52,573 bases of DNA from positions 1-52,573 of the forward strand of contig CADBTF010000228.1 in assembly GCA_902797485.1 (NCBI GenBank), read 5' to 3'. Source of the stretch: an uncultured Ruminococcus sp. Its GTDB lineage: Bacteria; Bacillota; Clostridia; Oscillospirales; Ruminococcaceae. A program made the translations under genes and the position numbers. The notes beneath the pieces are model-generated. The model had not been told where the DNA came from, searched no databases, and saw only the letters and a program-made list of their open reading frames with translations. Position 1 is the stretch's first letter; every line of letters begins with the position of its first letter. This document shows positions 9,031 to 19,884 of the stretch, one piece after another.

Positions 9031-10821
9031 TCAGACTAAAGAAAACTGCTTTGCATAGGCTTCGATCTGCTGCTCATAATCAGCGGGGCCGTTTTTATGG
9101 AGCTGATCAAGATACTCATGCTTTTTAAGGTTATCGTAATTGTCTATCCCTGCTATCAGGTAGACTGCAATATTTGAGCAGTGGTCTGAAATACGCTCAA
9201 CGTTAGTGAGAATATCCAGAAAATAAACGCCGGTCTCTATATTGCATTCGCCCTTTTTGGAGCGCTCGATATGTACGGATTTAAGCTCCTCAACAAGCCT
9301 GTCAACGACCTCCTCCAAAGGCTCAACAGATTTCAGCACCTTCATATCCAAAGTCTTTGTGGATTCGATAGCCAGCCGGATAATCTCAGAGACAGCGTCG
9401 CACAGCACATTTAGCTCAAACATGGCACGGTCTGAGAAACGGTCCTCATTTTCGTAAAGAGTCTCGGCGGTCTCCATAATGTTTATGGTGTAGTCACCGA
9501 TCCTCTCAAACTCGGAGATAAGGTGCAGCAGAGTTGTTGTCATGAGGTTTTCGTGTTCATTGAGGCTCTGGTCATTGAGCTTGATAAGATACTGGCCCAC
9601 TCTGTCCTCAAGCCTGTCTATGGAGGCTTCCCGCTCATTGATCTTTTCGACCTCCTTTAGGTCGAAATTGTCAAACAGACCCCTGACAGCTGCAAAATTC
9701 TTCTGCCCGTAGATGCCCATTTGCACCACAGCCTCAGTAGCCTGCGCAAGGGCAACGTTAGGTGTCAGCAGGAAACGCTCGTCGAGAAGATCCTCCTTGG
9801 AGAGCTTATCCTCTTCCTCGTCACCGGGCTTATCCCTGACTGTAAAGCACACAAGCTTTTCAAGCAAGCCGGCAAAGGGAATAAATATCATTGTTACCAC
9901 CACATTGAAGATAGTATGGAAATTCGCTATATCGCCGGTGGTAAACTCCTTGCTCCAGAAGGGCCAGCCCACCACATACTGGATTATGTAAATAGCGATC
10001 AGGAAGATTACAGTTCCCAGCAGATTGAAATAGAAATGAAGCATAGCTGCACGCTTAGCGTTCTTGGAGGAATTGATGCTGGAAACAAGGGGGGTGGAGC
10101 AGGTGCCGATATTGGTTCCCATGATGATCGGGAAGGCAGAAGCAAAGGTGATAGCGCCTGTGCCTGCTCCGGAGATAGCCTGCAAGATACCCACAGTAGC
10201 AGCGGAGCTTTGGGTCAGCACTGTAACGATAGCTCCTGTCAGCACGCCTAAGATCGGGTTTTCAAGGGTATTGAAGATCTTCTTGAAGCCGTCCCAGTCT
10301 GCCAGCGGAGCAACTGCTGTCTGCATATTTATCATACCGGTAAAGAGTATAGCAATACCCAGCAGTATCTCACCCTTATACTTCTGCTTGTTTTTCTTGG
10401 CAGTCATGATTATCAGGATACCGGCAAGGGCAAGCACCGCAGAGAAATTAACAGGCGTCAGAAGTGAGATAAAGAAATTGCTGTTGGAAGCAGTATCTAT
10501 TTTGGCTAATCTGAGGATCTGCGCTGTTATGGTGGTGCCGATATTTGCGCCCATAATTATGCCCACAGCCCCACGGAGCTTTAACAAGCCGGCATTGCAA
10601 AGTCCCACAACTATGACAGTAGTAGCCGTTGAGGACTGCACTGCAGCTGTTACCAAGGCACCGAACAGCACTGAAACAAAAATATTGCCGGACATTTTGG
10701 CAAGGACCTTCTCCATTAGTCCGCCGGAGGCCTTTTCAAGACCGGTGCTGAGAATGTTCATTCCGAACAGGAAGAAGGCAAGCCCTCCTGCTACCTGAAC
10801 AACACCCCAGAATACGTCCAT
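9031..10821 (-). CDS. Na+/Pi cotransporter (NptA/YjbB family) with C-terminal PhoU-like domains
   Basis: Duplicated QSS...GANIGT / QSS...GTNIGT repeats; ERIGD and ERISDH PhoU-type motifs. Confidence 0.92.
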   Translation of the reverse strand: MDVFWGVVQVAGGLAFFLFGMNILSTGLEKASGGLMEKVLAKMSGNIFVSVLFGALVTAAVQSSTATTVIVVGLCNAGLLKLRGAVGIIMGANIGTTITAQILRLAKIDTASNSNFFISLLTPVNFSAVLALAGILIIMTAKKNKQKYKGEILLGIAILFTGMINMQTAVAPLADWDGFKKIFNTLENPILGVLTGAIVTVLTQSSAATVGILQAISGAGTGAITFASAFPIIMGTNIGTCSTPLVSSINSSKNAKRAAMLHFYFNLLGTVIFLIAIYIIQYVVGWPFWSKEFTTGDIANFHTIFNVVVTMIFIPFAGLLEKLVCFTVRDKPGDEEEDKLSKEDLLDERFLLTPNVALAQATEAVVQMGIYGQKNFAAVRGLFDNFDLKEVEKINEREASIDRLEDRVGQYLIKLNDQSLNEHENLMTTTLLHLISEFERIGDYTINIMETAETLYENEDRFSDRAMFELNVLCDAVSEIIRLAIESTKTLDMKVLKSVEPLEEVVDRLVEELKSVHIERSKKGECNIETGVYFLDILTNVERISDHCSNIAVYLIAGIDNYDNLKKHEYLDQLHKNGPADYEQQIEAYAKQFSLV

Positions 10822-10865
10822 CAAATCACATCCTAAAAATCTTTAAAAGGTCGATAAAATAAGCA

Positions 10866-10903
10866 AAGCCAAGCCGTCACAGTAATGGCGACGGCATTGG
10901 CTT
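10866..10903 (-). terminator. Hairpin at the end of the atp operon
   Basis: AAGCCAA-GCCGTC...GACGGC-A-TTGGCTT stem; weak U-tract on the minus strand. Confidence 0.6.
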
Positions 10904-10908
10904 ATTTT

Positions 10909-11313
10909 TCACATTTTTCCTGAAACTGTCAATCGGTTAAGAGCACGTTTAAGACGCTGCTCGGCGTGTCGGAATTCCTTGTCGCTGGCTCTGGCAGCAA
11001 GCTCACGCTCAGCACGCTCCTTGGAACGCTCTGCTCTGGCAACGTCAATATCCTCAGCCCACTCTACGGCAGTAGTCACAACAGTTACTATATTATTTTC
11101 AGACTTGACAATGCCGGAAGAAACCGCAGCAATGCGAAAATCCGTTCCGTTTTCAGAGATCTTCAACGGAGACGGCACCACATTCGCAACATAAGGCGTA
11201 TGGCCGGCAAGTATGCCAACATTACCGGCAGCAGTCTTGGCAATGATCTGAACTGCCTCCCCCTCGTAGAATATCTTTTCAGGGGTTATGATTTTAAGCT
11301 TAAATGTATTCAT
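10909..11313 (-). CDS. atpC: ATP synthase epsilon subunit
   Basis: LKIITPEK, GNVGILAGHTP, DIDVARAE, LKRALNRL. Confidence 0.96.
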   Translation of the reverse strand: MNTFKLKIITPEKIFYEGEAVQIIAKTAAGNVGILAGHTPYVANVVPSPLKISENGTDFRIAAVSSGIVKSENNIVTVVTTAVEWAEDIDVARAERSKERAERELAARASDKEFRHAEQRLKRALNRLTVSGKM

Positions 11314-11333
11314 ATACAAACCTCAGCTTGAGA

Positions 11334-12746
<1,413 letters not shown>

Positions 12747-12785
12747 TCACGCCTTTCAAAAAGCTTTTTTTAAAGCGGTCTGTAA

Positions 12786-13007
12786 TTATTCCTTGCCCTT
12801 TTTGCTATTCTTCTTCCGGAAGATGCTTCCCACAACGTAGAACACAGCAGATACTATTATCCAGAGCACAAAGGGAACAACAGCATCAGAGACAAACTCA
12901 AAGCTGAACTTGTCGCCGTCACTGATACGGTTAAAGATATTCAGAAATCCCACAAAGACCACGTCCTCGATAAGAGAAAGAATGATCTTGGTCAACAAAT
13001 TATTCAT
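12786..13007 (-). CDS. Hypothetical 73-aa membrane protein inside the atp operon
   Basis: ATG after AGAAAGGT; two hydrophobic segments and a Lys-rich C-tail; fills the atpG-atpD gap in the same orientation. Confidence 0.7.
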   Translation of the reverse strand: MNNLLTKIILSLIEDVVFVGFLNIFNRISDGDKFSFEFVSDAVVPFVLWIIVSAVFYVVGSIFRKKNSKKGKE

Positions 13008-13050
13008 AGCTCTCTAAACCTTTCTATAATCTGAATACAGGTGTCCGGTG

Positions 13051-13917
13051 CTATTCACTGTCATTGAGACTGGCGGAGCTTATTTCTGTCAGTTCCTGAG
13101 TTATCATAGCCTGTCTTGCTCTGTTATACAGCAGCGACAGATTATTTATCATTTCCTCGGCATTGTCGCTGGCGGACTCCATAGCTGTTCTTCTTGCAGC
13201 CTGCTCGGAGGCAAAGGAATCCACCACAGCCGCATAGATAAGCCCGGTCAGATACTGGGGGATAAGCCCGTCAAAGACCTCCTCCGGGGAGGGATCATAT
13301 TCTGTCAGAGACTTTGATCTCACACCTGTAGCAAGGTCCTGCACCGGCAGAACAGATACAGCCACCGGCTCCTGTGTCAGGGCTGATACAAAGGTGGTAT
13401 AGACCATATCCACCTGGTCGTAGTAGGCGCAGCGGAACTTTTCAATGATCTCGTCGGCAATATCCTCTGCGTCAACTATATTCAGACTTTCCGCCACCTG
13501 CGGGAACCTGCCCACCACATCATAGCCTCGCTTTTCGCAGTATTCAACAGCCTTTCTGCCCACACAGATAACTGAGACCTTCTCTTTCTTCTCAAGCAGT
13601 TCTTCGACCTTCTGAGAAGCAAGTTTAAGCACATTGGAGTTAAAGCCGCCTGCAAGACCTCTGTCTCCTGCGATAACTACAAACAGGGTAGATTTCAAGA
13701 CCTTTTTCTTGGTATATATAGACGTAAATGCGGGGTCGTTGGAGATGTCACTCATTGTATCATAGAGGGCAGCAAAGAAGGGCTGAGCTGCAAGAGCTCT
13801 TTCCTTGGCACGCCTGAGCTTACTGGAAGCCACAAGCTGCATGGCCTTTGTTATCTGCATTGTGCTCTCGACACTTTTGATACGCCGCTTGACGTCCTTC
13901 ATATTTGCAGTTGCCAT
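13051..13917 (-). CDS. atpG: ATP synthase gamma subunit
   Basis: QITKAMQLVA, DRGLAGGFN, SEQAARRTAM, RQAMITQEL. Confidence 0.98.
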   Translation of the reverse strand: MATANMKDVKRRIKSVESTMQITKAMQLVASSKLRRAKERALAAQPFFAALYDTMSDISNDPAFTSIYTKKKVLKSTLFVVIAGDRGLAGGFNSNVLKLASQKVEELLEKKEKVSVICVGRKAVEYCEKRGYDVVGRFPQVAESLNIVDAEDIADEIIEKFRCAYYDQVDMVYTTFVSALTQEPVAVSVLPVQDLATGVRSKSLTEYDPSPEEVFDGLIPQYLTGLIYAAVVDSFASEQAARRTAMESASDNAEEMINNLSLLYNRARQAMITQELTEISSASLNDSE

Positions 13918-13935
13918 ATTCGGCGCAGACCTCCC

Positions 13936-15450
13936 TTACTTAGTCTGGAGATATTTTTCCACAAATTCTTTCAGTGCGTCCTTGAGCTCGGTTTCTGTTT
14001 CCTTTGAAAGCTCGCCAGTTTCACGCAGGTTTTTGCAGACATCCGGGTGAGCGGATTCAACATAATCAAAAAGCTCTGCCTCAAATTCCTTGACATCACC
14101 GACTGCGATCTTTTTCAGGTAGTTGTTTACAACAGCATAGATGATGATGACCTGATGCTCAACAGGCAGCGGAGAATTCCTGTCCTGCTTCAGCACCTCG
14201 ACGATACGCTCGCCCTGAGCGAGCCTGTCCTTGGTGTCCTTGTCAAGGTCACTGCCGAACTGGGAGAAGGCCTGCAGCTCACGGTACTGGGAATAGAGCA
14301 GCTTCAAGGAGCCCGATACCTTCTTCATAGCCTTGATCTGTGCGGAGCCTCCTACACGGGATACAGATATACCTGGGTTTACTGCCGGTCTTACGCCGGA
14401 GAAGAACAGCTCGCTCTCAAGGAAGATCTGTCCGTCGGTTATTGATATAACATTTGTAGGGATATATGCGGAAACGTCGCCCGCCTGGGTCTCTATGATC
14501 GGCAGAGCGGTAATGGAGCCGCCGCCGTAATCCTTGTTAAGATTGCAGGCGCGTTCAAGAAGTCTCGAATGGAGATAGAATACATCGCCGGGGTACGCCT
14601 CACGTCCGGTAGGTCTTTTCAGCAGCAGAGACATAGTTCTGTATGCCACAGCGTGCTTTGAAAGGTCATCATAAACGCAAAGCACGTCCTTGCCCTGGAG
14701 CATGAAATACTCAGCCATTGCAACGCCGGAATAAGGCGCTATGTATTGCAGCGGAGCCATTTCAGAGGCGGTAGCAGATACCACGATAGAATACTCCATT
14801 GCGCCGGCCTTTTCAAGTGTGTCAACTACGTTTGCAACTGTTGAACGCTTCTGGCCGATAGCCACATATATACAAATAACATCCTTGCCCTTCTGGTTGA
14901 TGATCGTATCAAGGGCGATAGAGGTCTTGCCGGTCTGTCTGTCTCCGATAATAAGCTCACGCTGACCCCTGCCAATGGGTATCATAGAATCTATAGCCTT
15001 GATACCTGTTTGCAGCGGGCGGTTTACAGACTGCCTGGTAATGATGCCGTAGGCCGGGCTTTCGATAGGTCTGGTCTTGTCAGTAAGGATAGCGCCCTTT
15101 CCGTCGATAGGCTGGCCCAAGGCATTTACAACTCTGCCCATAAGCGCTTCGCCCACCGGCACAGAAACGATCCTGCCGGTCCTTTTAACGGCTCCGCCCT
15201 CTCTGATGCCGTCATCAGAGCCCAGCAGAACAGCACCGACAAAATCCTGTTCCAGGTTAAGTGCCATGCCCATAGTCTTGTTTTCAAATTCTATAAGCTC
15301 ACCCGACATACAGCGTTCAAGCCCGTGAACTCTTGCGATACCGTCACCCACAGTAACAACTGTTCCGGTATCGGTCAGCTCGACCTTTGACCTGTAGTCC
15401 TTGATCTGCTGTTTGATTATGCCGGTTATTTCATCAGGACGTAATTTCAT
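13936..15450 (-). CDS. atpA: ATP synthase alpha subunit
   Basis: [27 protein letters not shown]. Confidence 0.99.
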   Translation of the reverse strand: MKLRPDEITGIIKQQIKDYRSKVELTDTGTVVTVGDGIARVHGLERCMSGELIEFENKTMGMALNLEQDFVGAVLLGSDDGIREGGAVKRTGRIVSVPVGEALMGRVVNALGQPIDGKGAILTDKTRPIESPAYGIITRQSVNRPLQTGIKAIDSMIPIGRGQRELIIGDRQTGKTSIALDTIINQKGKDVICIYVAIGQKRSTVANVVDTLEKAGAMEYSIVVSATASEMAPLQYIAPYSGVAMAEYFMLQGKDVLCVYDDLSKHAVAYRTMSLLLKRPTGREAYPGDVFYLHSRLLERACNLNKDYGGGSITALPIIETQAGDVSAYIPTNVISITDGQIFLESELFFSGVRPAVNPGISVSRVGGSAQIKAMKKVSGSLKLLYSQYRELQAFSQFGSDLDKDTKDRLAQGERIVEVLKQDRNSPLPVEHQVIIIYAVVNNYLKKIAVGDVKEFEAELFDYVESAHPDVCKNLRETGELSKETETELKDALKEFVEKYLQTK

Positions 15451-15474
15451 AGTATGTCCTTCCCTTTCATTTAA

Positions 15475-16017
15475 TTAAGCGATAGTTGAATCTATTTGTG
15501 CCTTCAGCTTTTCCAGCTTGCCCTTTACGCTTGAATCCAGCTCTGCGCCTTCATATCTGACGATAATACCGCCAATAAGGGTCTTGTCAACGCTCTGCTT
15601 CATAATGACCTTTTTATCAAGGACCTTTTCAAGCTTTTGTTTAAGCTTTTCAGACAGCTCCCCGCTCATAGGCATAGCAGTAATAACGCTGACTTCAAGG
15701 ATCCCCTGTTTTTTATAGTAAAGCGCTTTATACTCCCGGCAGATCTGCGGCACAAAGCCCGCCCTGCCCTTTTCAGCCGTAAGGCACAAAAAGTCAAGCA
15801 CAGTATCACTCACCCTGCCGGAGAAGATGCTTTCAAGCAGCTGCTTTTTTTCATCAGCTCCCACCAGCGGTGATCTCAGCACCTTAACGAATTCCTCGTT
15901 AGCCTCAAAGATCTCACCGACAGCTTCAAGCTCCTCACAAGCCTCTGCTTCAATGCCCTGCTCTGTGCAAAGCTCAAACACAGCCTCTGCGTAAACATTC
16001 TTTAAGCTCTCTGCCAT
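15475..16017 (-). CDS. atpH: ATP synthase delta subunit
   Basis: YAEAVFEL, VDKTLIGGIIV, DSSVKGKL; operon position. Confidence 0.93.
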   Translation of the reverse strand: MAESLKNVYAEAVFELCTEQGIEAEACEELEAVGEIFEANEEFVKVLRSPLVGADEKKQLLESIFSGRVSDTVLDFLCLTAEKGRAGFVPQICREYKALYYKKQGILEVSVITAMPMSGELSEKLKQKLEKVLDKKVIMKQSVDKTLIGGIIVRYEGAELDSSVKGKLEKLKAQIDSTIA

Positions 16018-16526
16018 TACTGCTCACCTACACGGTCAATAAAGCTTTCGATCAGCTTTTCGTTATCCTTGACGCTGATTTCCTTCTCAGCAACAGCCGA
16101 CGCAGCAGAAATAGCGATCTCTGCAATCTCGTCCTTGATCTGATTTACTGCGATCTTCTTTTCACGCTCGATCTCACTGTTGGCATTATCCACAATGCCC
16201 TTAGCCTCAGCTCTGGCCTCGGCAATGATCTCATCAGAGCGGTTCTGAGCCTTAACGGTGGCAGCACGCACGATCTCTGCGCCCTCCTCCTTAGCCTTGC
16301 CGATCTTTTCATCATACTCGGCAGCAAGGCTTTCGGCTTTCTTCTGGGCCTCGTCAGCGTTTTTATAGCTCTCGGCTATTTCGCTCTGACGGTCATCAAT
16401 GACCTTATTTACCTTATCGAAAAGAAAATGCTTCAGAACAAGAAAGAGAATCAGCGTATTGCACAGAGTAAGCACGATCGTCGCCGGATCTATAGTTAAA
16501 AACTCTGTAACCTTAGCAAATTCCAT
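16017..16526 (-). CDS. atpF: ATP synthase b subunit
   Basis: Single N-terminal TM helix followed by a long charged coiled coil; operon position. Confidence 0.94.
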   Translation of the reverse strand: MEFAKVTEFLTIDPATIVLTLCNTLILFLVLKHFLFDKVNKVIDDRQSEIAESYKNADEAQKKAESLAAEYDEKIGKAKEEGAEIVRAATVKAQNRSDEIIAEARAEAKGIVDNANSEIEREKKIAVNQIKDEIAEIAISAASAVAEKEISVKDNEKLIESFIDRVGEQ

Positions 16527-16557
16527 TTATGTCCCTCCCGTCCGCAATGGCTTAGGA

Positions 16558-16821
<264 letters not shown>

Positions 16822-16852
16822 TTATTCCTCCGTTTAAATGATTATCTTTTAT

Positions 16853-17587
16853 TTAACCCTCGTCAGCGCTGGAAACATAGACCATTGTCAGCGTTGCGAA
16901 GATATATGCCTGGATACAGCCTGAAAACAGGTCGAAATAGATAGAGAGCACTGCCGGAATGAACAGCTGTGCCACATTGATGCCGATGCCTCCGAATTCA
17001 AAGGCAAGGTGAATGAGCCTTGAAACTCCTGCCAGAGCGCTGTAGATAAGAGTAGTGATAACAGCGCCGCCGGAGATATTTCCGAACATACGGAATGCCA
17101 TGGAAAGCGGAGTTGCCACCTCACTGAGGATATTCAGCGGTAGCATTACGAATATCGGTGAAGCAAAGCCCTTGAAATATCCAAGCACTCCGCCGGACTT
17201 TATCTTGTAGAAGGTAATGAGGATAAATGTCATCAGTGCCCATGTGAGGGGAACGTTAAAATCAGCAGTCATAGACCTGAGCCCCAGCAGAGATACCAGT
17301 GCTCCCAAGACCGCATATACAAGCAGAGTGGCTATATAGGGGGCATAGTGCTTCCATTTTTTGCCCATGGTAGTCTCTACCATATTGTTTACAAAGCCCA
17401 CAAACATTTCAGCAACTATCTGCCGCTTCTTGGTGGGGACCTTTGAGAGCCCCTTTGTGAGAAACAGGCACAGCAGCAGCACCGCAACAATTATCAGCCA
17501 GCCGATAACTATAGTCTCGGTTATATCTATCCCGCCGAAGATAGGCAGTGTAAAGGCGACCTTTGCGCCTTGTCCTATACCGTCCAT
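16853..17587 (-). CDS. atpB: ATP synthase a subunit
   Basis: SMTAD, PLSMAFRMFGN (conserved Arg), IQAYIF. Confidence 0.96.
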   Translation of the reverse strand: MDGIGQGAKVAFTLPIFGGIDITETIVIGWLIIVAVLLLCLFLTKGLSKVPTKKRQIVAEMFVGFVNNMVETTMGKKWKHYAPYIATLLVYAVLGALVSLLGLRSMTADFNVPLTWALMTFILITFYKIKSGGVLGYFKGFASPIFVMLPLNILSEVATPLSMAFRMFGNISGGAVITTLIYSALAGVSRLIHLAFEFGGIGINVAQLFIPAVLSIYFDLFSGCIQAYIFATLTMVYVSSADEG

Positions 17588-17591
17588 AGAA

Positions 17592-18002
17592 CTATTCCTT
17601 TCCGAAATAATTTATACCGAGAAAATGGTCAAACGACAAGAATATTCTCGGAAAAAGCTGCGGGACCAAAACTCCCGCAACACTGATATACCCAGTGAAG
17701 AAGCCCGCAGCGCAAAGCGCAGTCAGAACTGCCAGCCTGATGCCGTAGCAGCTCATCATCAAGCGCTTGGCACGCTTCTGGTCACACTCGACAGCCTTAT
17801 TGCAGGTGGCTGCAAGGTATCTGAGACCCAGGCAGGCATTTACCCCGCCCACAGCAAAGCCGATAAGATTTCTCAGCTCAAAGCCGCTGATGAGGGTGAA
17901 CATAAAGCAGACAAGGCTGCCAAGCATCATAGCTTTACAAAGCCTTGCAGCGATTGGCATAAGGCCGGCGCTGTCGTTATTCACCTTTGAAGCGACGTTC
18001 AT
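17592..18002 (-). CDS. atpI: ATP synthase protein I (AtpI/UncI-like)
   Basis: About four hydrophobic helices, YGIRLAV motif, first gene of the atp operon. Confidence 0.75.
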   Translation of the reverse strand: MNVASKVNNDSAGLMPIAARLCKAMMLGSLVCFMFTLISGFELRNLIGFAVGGVNACLGLRYLAATCNKAVECDQKRAKRLMMSCYGIRLAVLTALCAAGFFTGYISVAGVLVPQLFPRIFLSFDHFLGINYFGKE

Positions 18003-18052
18003 AGCAGCACCTCATTTGCCACACAGCTCAGACGAATATCCACTTAAAGTTT

Positions 18053-18081
18053 ATTATAGCATACAGCAAAGTATTTTTAAA
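18053..18081 (-). promoter_or_regulatory. Sigma-A promoter of the atp operon
   Basis: TTTAAA-N17-TATAAT with TGn extended -10. Confidence 0.6.
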
Positions 18082-18166
18082 GTGGTGAGCAAGAAACTGC
18101 CGAAAAATTTTACCTTTTGTACAACATCTTTCAACATTCATTATAGGTATTTTATTAAGTGCTCCT

Positions 18167-18209
18167 AAAAAGGGAATGCGGCAGCCTCAAATAAACGAAG
18201 CGCCGCATT
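18167..18209 (-). terminator. Rho-independent terminator downstream of tetR and the candidate sRNA
   Basis: AATGCGGC-GCTTC-loop-GAGGC-T-GCCGCATT then CCCTTTTT. Confidence 0.7.
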
Positions 18210-18242
18210 ATGGGGTGGGGGAAAATAATAAGAACTATCATT
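18167..18242 (-). ncRNA. Candidate C-rich small RNA (~75 nt)
   Basis: Bounded by a sigma-A promoter (18249-18277) and a terminator; contains unpaired UUCCCCCACCCCAU; no family match recognised. Confidence 0.35.
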
Positions 18243-18248
18243 AAATAT

Positions 18249-18277
18249 ATAATATCATACCCGGCAGAAAAATTCAA
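18249..18277 (-). promoter_or_regulatory. Sigma-A promoter downstream of tetR
   Basis: TTGAAT-N17-TATTAT with TGn extension. Confidence 0.55.
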
Positions 18278-18301
18278 TAGACATTTTTGGACATTTGTCT
18301 A
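18278..18301. promoter_or_regulatory. Operator-like palindrome TAGACA-N12-TGTCTA
   Basis: Perfect 6-bp arms abutting the -35 above; one arm includes the tetR stop codon. Confidence 0.45.
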
Positions 18302-18841
18302 AATGCTGCCGTTCAGCTTATGCCTGATCTTTAAATAGCAATGAAGATCATTTTTAATATCCGCCTTCATTCCGCTGTCAAGCCAGTTGATGATATAGCC
18401 AAAGCAGAAGCAGGCAATGGCATCAGTCTCTATGGCTTTTTCGTCATCGTCCAGGAACCCTGCCATCGGTGAGGAGCTTACATACTCACAGGCTGCGTGC
18501 TTGGCTATGCGCAGAAGGTATTTTTCATAAAGCACTCTGTCTGATGAATTGTGCATATTGGTTATAGCCCGCTTGTGGTCCATTATAAAGTCTATAGCCA
18601 CATTCATCATATCCTCCAGGGAATCAAAGGCATAGCGCTTGGAGATTATCTTCTCAGTGGCTTCATTTATGGATTCCTCTATCAGTGAGGGAATGTCTCT
18701 GTAATGGTAATAAAATGTATTTCGGTTCAGGCTGCATCTGTCAACAATATCGTTCACTGTTATATGTTTGACCGGCTTGGTCTCAAGCAGCTCATAGAAG
18801 GACCTTTTCAGGAGGCGCTTTGTGTTTGAACTCATATTCAT
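18299..18841 (-). CDS. TetR/AcrR family transcriptional regulator (DhaS-like C-terminal type)
   Basis: ITVNDIVDRCSLNRNTFYYHYRDI helix-turn-helix; IINWLDSGM C-terminus. Confidence 0.92.
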   Translation of the reverse strand: MNMSSNTKRLLKRSFYELLETKPVKHITVNDIVDRCSLNRNTFYYHYRDIPSLIEESINEATEKIISKRYAFDSLEDMMNVAIDFIMDHKRAITNMHNSSDRVLYEKYLLRIAKHAACEYVSSSPMAGFLDDDEKAIETDAIACFCFGYIINWLDSGMKADIKNDLHCYLKIRHKLNGSI

Positions 18842-18858
18842 CAGCTCCCTTCAAAGAT

Positions 18859-18887
18859 ATTATAACACAACGTCCGGACTAATACAA
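18859..18887 (-). promoter_or_regulatory. Sigma-A promoter of tetR
   Basis: TTGTAT-N17-TATAAT with TGn. Confidence 0.7.
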
Positions 18888-18903
18888 GCCAAAATATACG
18901 CTG

Positions 18904-18932
18904 TTGACAAAATTTGTTTAAAATGATATAAT
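18904..18932 (+). promoter_or_regulatory. Consensus sigma-A promoter divergent from tetR
   Basis: TTGACA-N17-TATAAT with TGn (perfect consensus). Confidence 0.85.
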
Positions 18933-18962
18933 CAACATAACAACACAAGTGAGGTGGAGAGT

Positions 18963-19376
18963 ATGAGCATTTTCAAGAGACCCGAAAATATAAGCTTTAA
19001 AAGGCTGACCCTGCGCATCTCCGGAATGGCTGTTGAGGTCACAGAGTATGAGCTGCTTAAAACCGAAAACGGAATGAACGCTGCACTTTATTTTGGAAGA
19101 TGGCAATACGATGAACTTATCGCCCGCCGGGACTGCCTGCGCAGCCAGAAAGACTGCCCTGCTGATGAATACGAAAGGTTCAATACTCTGCTGAACAGCC
19201 TGAAGGTGGTCAAATGGAACGGCAGGAGCTATAATAACCCTATGGTGCTGGACGGTGAGAGCTTCTCTTTAGAGATAGAGCTTTCCGACGGACGCATTTT
19301 ATACTGCCATGGCACAAACAGCTGGCCCGACGGCTACCGCACATTAGAATCAGCTGTCAGAGAGCTGTTCGCATAA
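18963..19376 (+). CDS. Hypothetical protein
   Basis: ATG after GAGGTGG and a strong promoter; C-terminal YNNPMVLDG...GTNSWP motif; function unknown. Confidence 0.8.
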   Translation: MSIFKRPENISFKRLTLRISGMAVEVTEYELLKTENGMNAALYFGRWQYDELIARRDCLRSQKDCPADEYERFNTLLNSLKVVKWNGRSYNNPMVLDGESFSLEIELSDGRILYCHGTNSWPDGYRTLESAVRELFA

Positions 19377-19389
19377 CAGGAGGGTTGAT

Positions 19390-19875
19390 ATGAAAAATCT
19401 TCATAAACTGACTGCTGCTGCACTGGCGGTTTTCTCTGCGGCAGCTATGCTTTCCGGCTGTGGGTCGGTCATGGACAAGATCTCCGGCGACTGGACTGTC
19501 AAGACCGTAAACGGAAGATCTCCTGCTGATTTTGCCGGAGATAATAATGTCTACGAATTAGGCACTGCCAAAAACTTCAAATTTGAAGATGGCAGTCTGC
19601 TGATAGAAGCTGTCAACGAAAGCGGCGAGATAGATTCCCAGACCTACAGCTTCAAGCTGAAGGATAATATCGCAGAGGTCACAGCCTCCGGAGCTGTCAT
19701 CAACATGGAGTATGTTGAATCGGACGAACTGATAAAGTATTCCATAAAGCAAAACGACATTCTGTATAATTACATACTTATAAAAGGAAAGACAGACCTT
19801 GGCTCGCTTCTTACCCAGAAGCAGGAACGGGGCAAGTCTGCTGTTAAGTCTGCTGAAAGCAAGGCCTCGGAATAA
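19390..19875 (+). CDS. Putative lipoprotein
   Basis: RBS AGGAGG; signal peptide with lipobox LSGC; GDW motif near the mature N-terminus (lipocalin-like, tentative). Confidence 0.8.
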   Translation: MKNLHKLTAAALAVFSAAAMLSGCGSVMDKISGDWTVKTVNGRSPADFAGDNNVYELGTAKNFKFEDGSLLIEAVNESGEIDSQTYSFKLKDNIAEVTASGAVINMEYVESDELIKYSIKQNDILYNYILIKGKTDLGSLLTQKQERGKSAVKSAESKASE

Positions 19876-19884
19876 TCAGCTGCA

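Noticed and set aside
10064-10798. 244-aa plus-strand ORF, and similar antisense ORFs at 26606-27304, 41856-42521, 43090-43806 and 50506-51114
   Set aside because: All lie wholly antisense to well-supported genes and lack motifs
18090-18140. Possible Rex or CodY boxes upstream of the atp operon
   Set aside because: TTGTACAACATCTTTCAACA and nearby AT tracts deviate too much in spacing and sequence from the consensus
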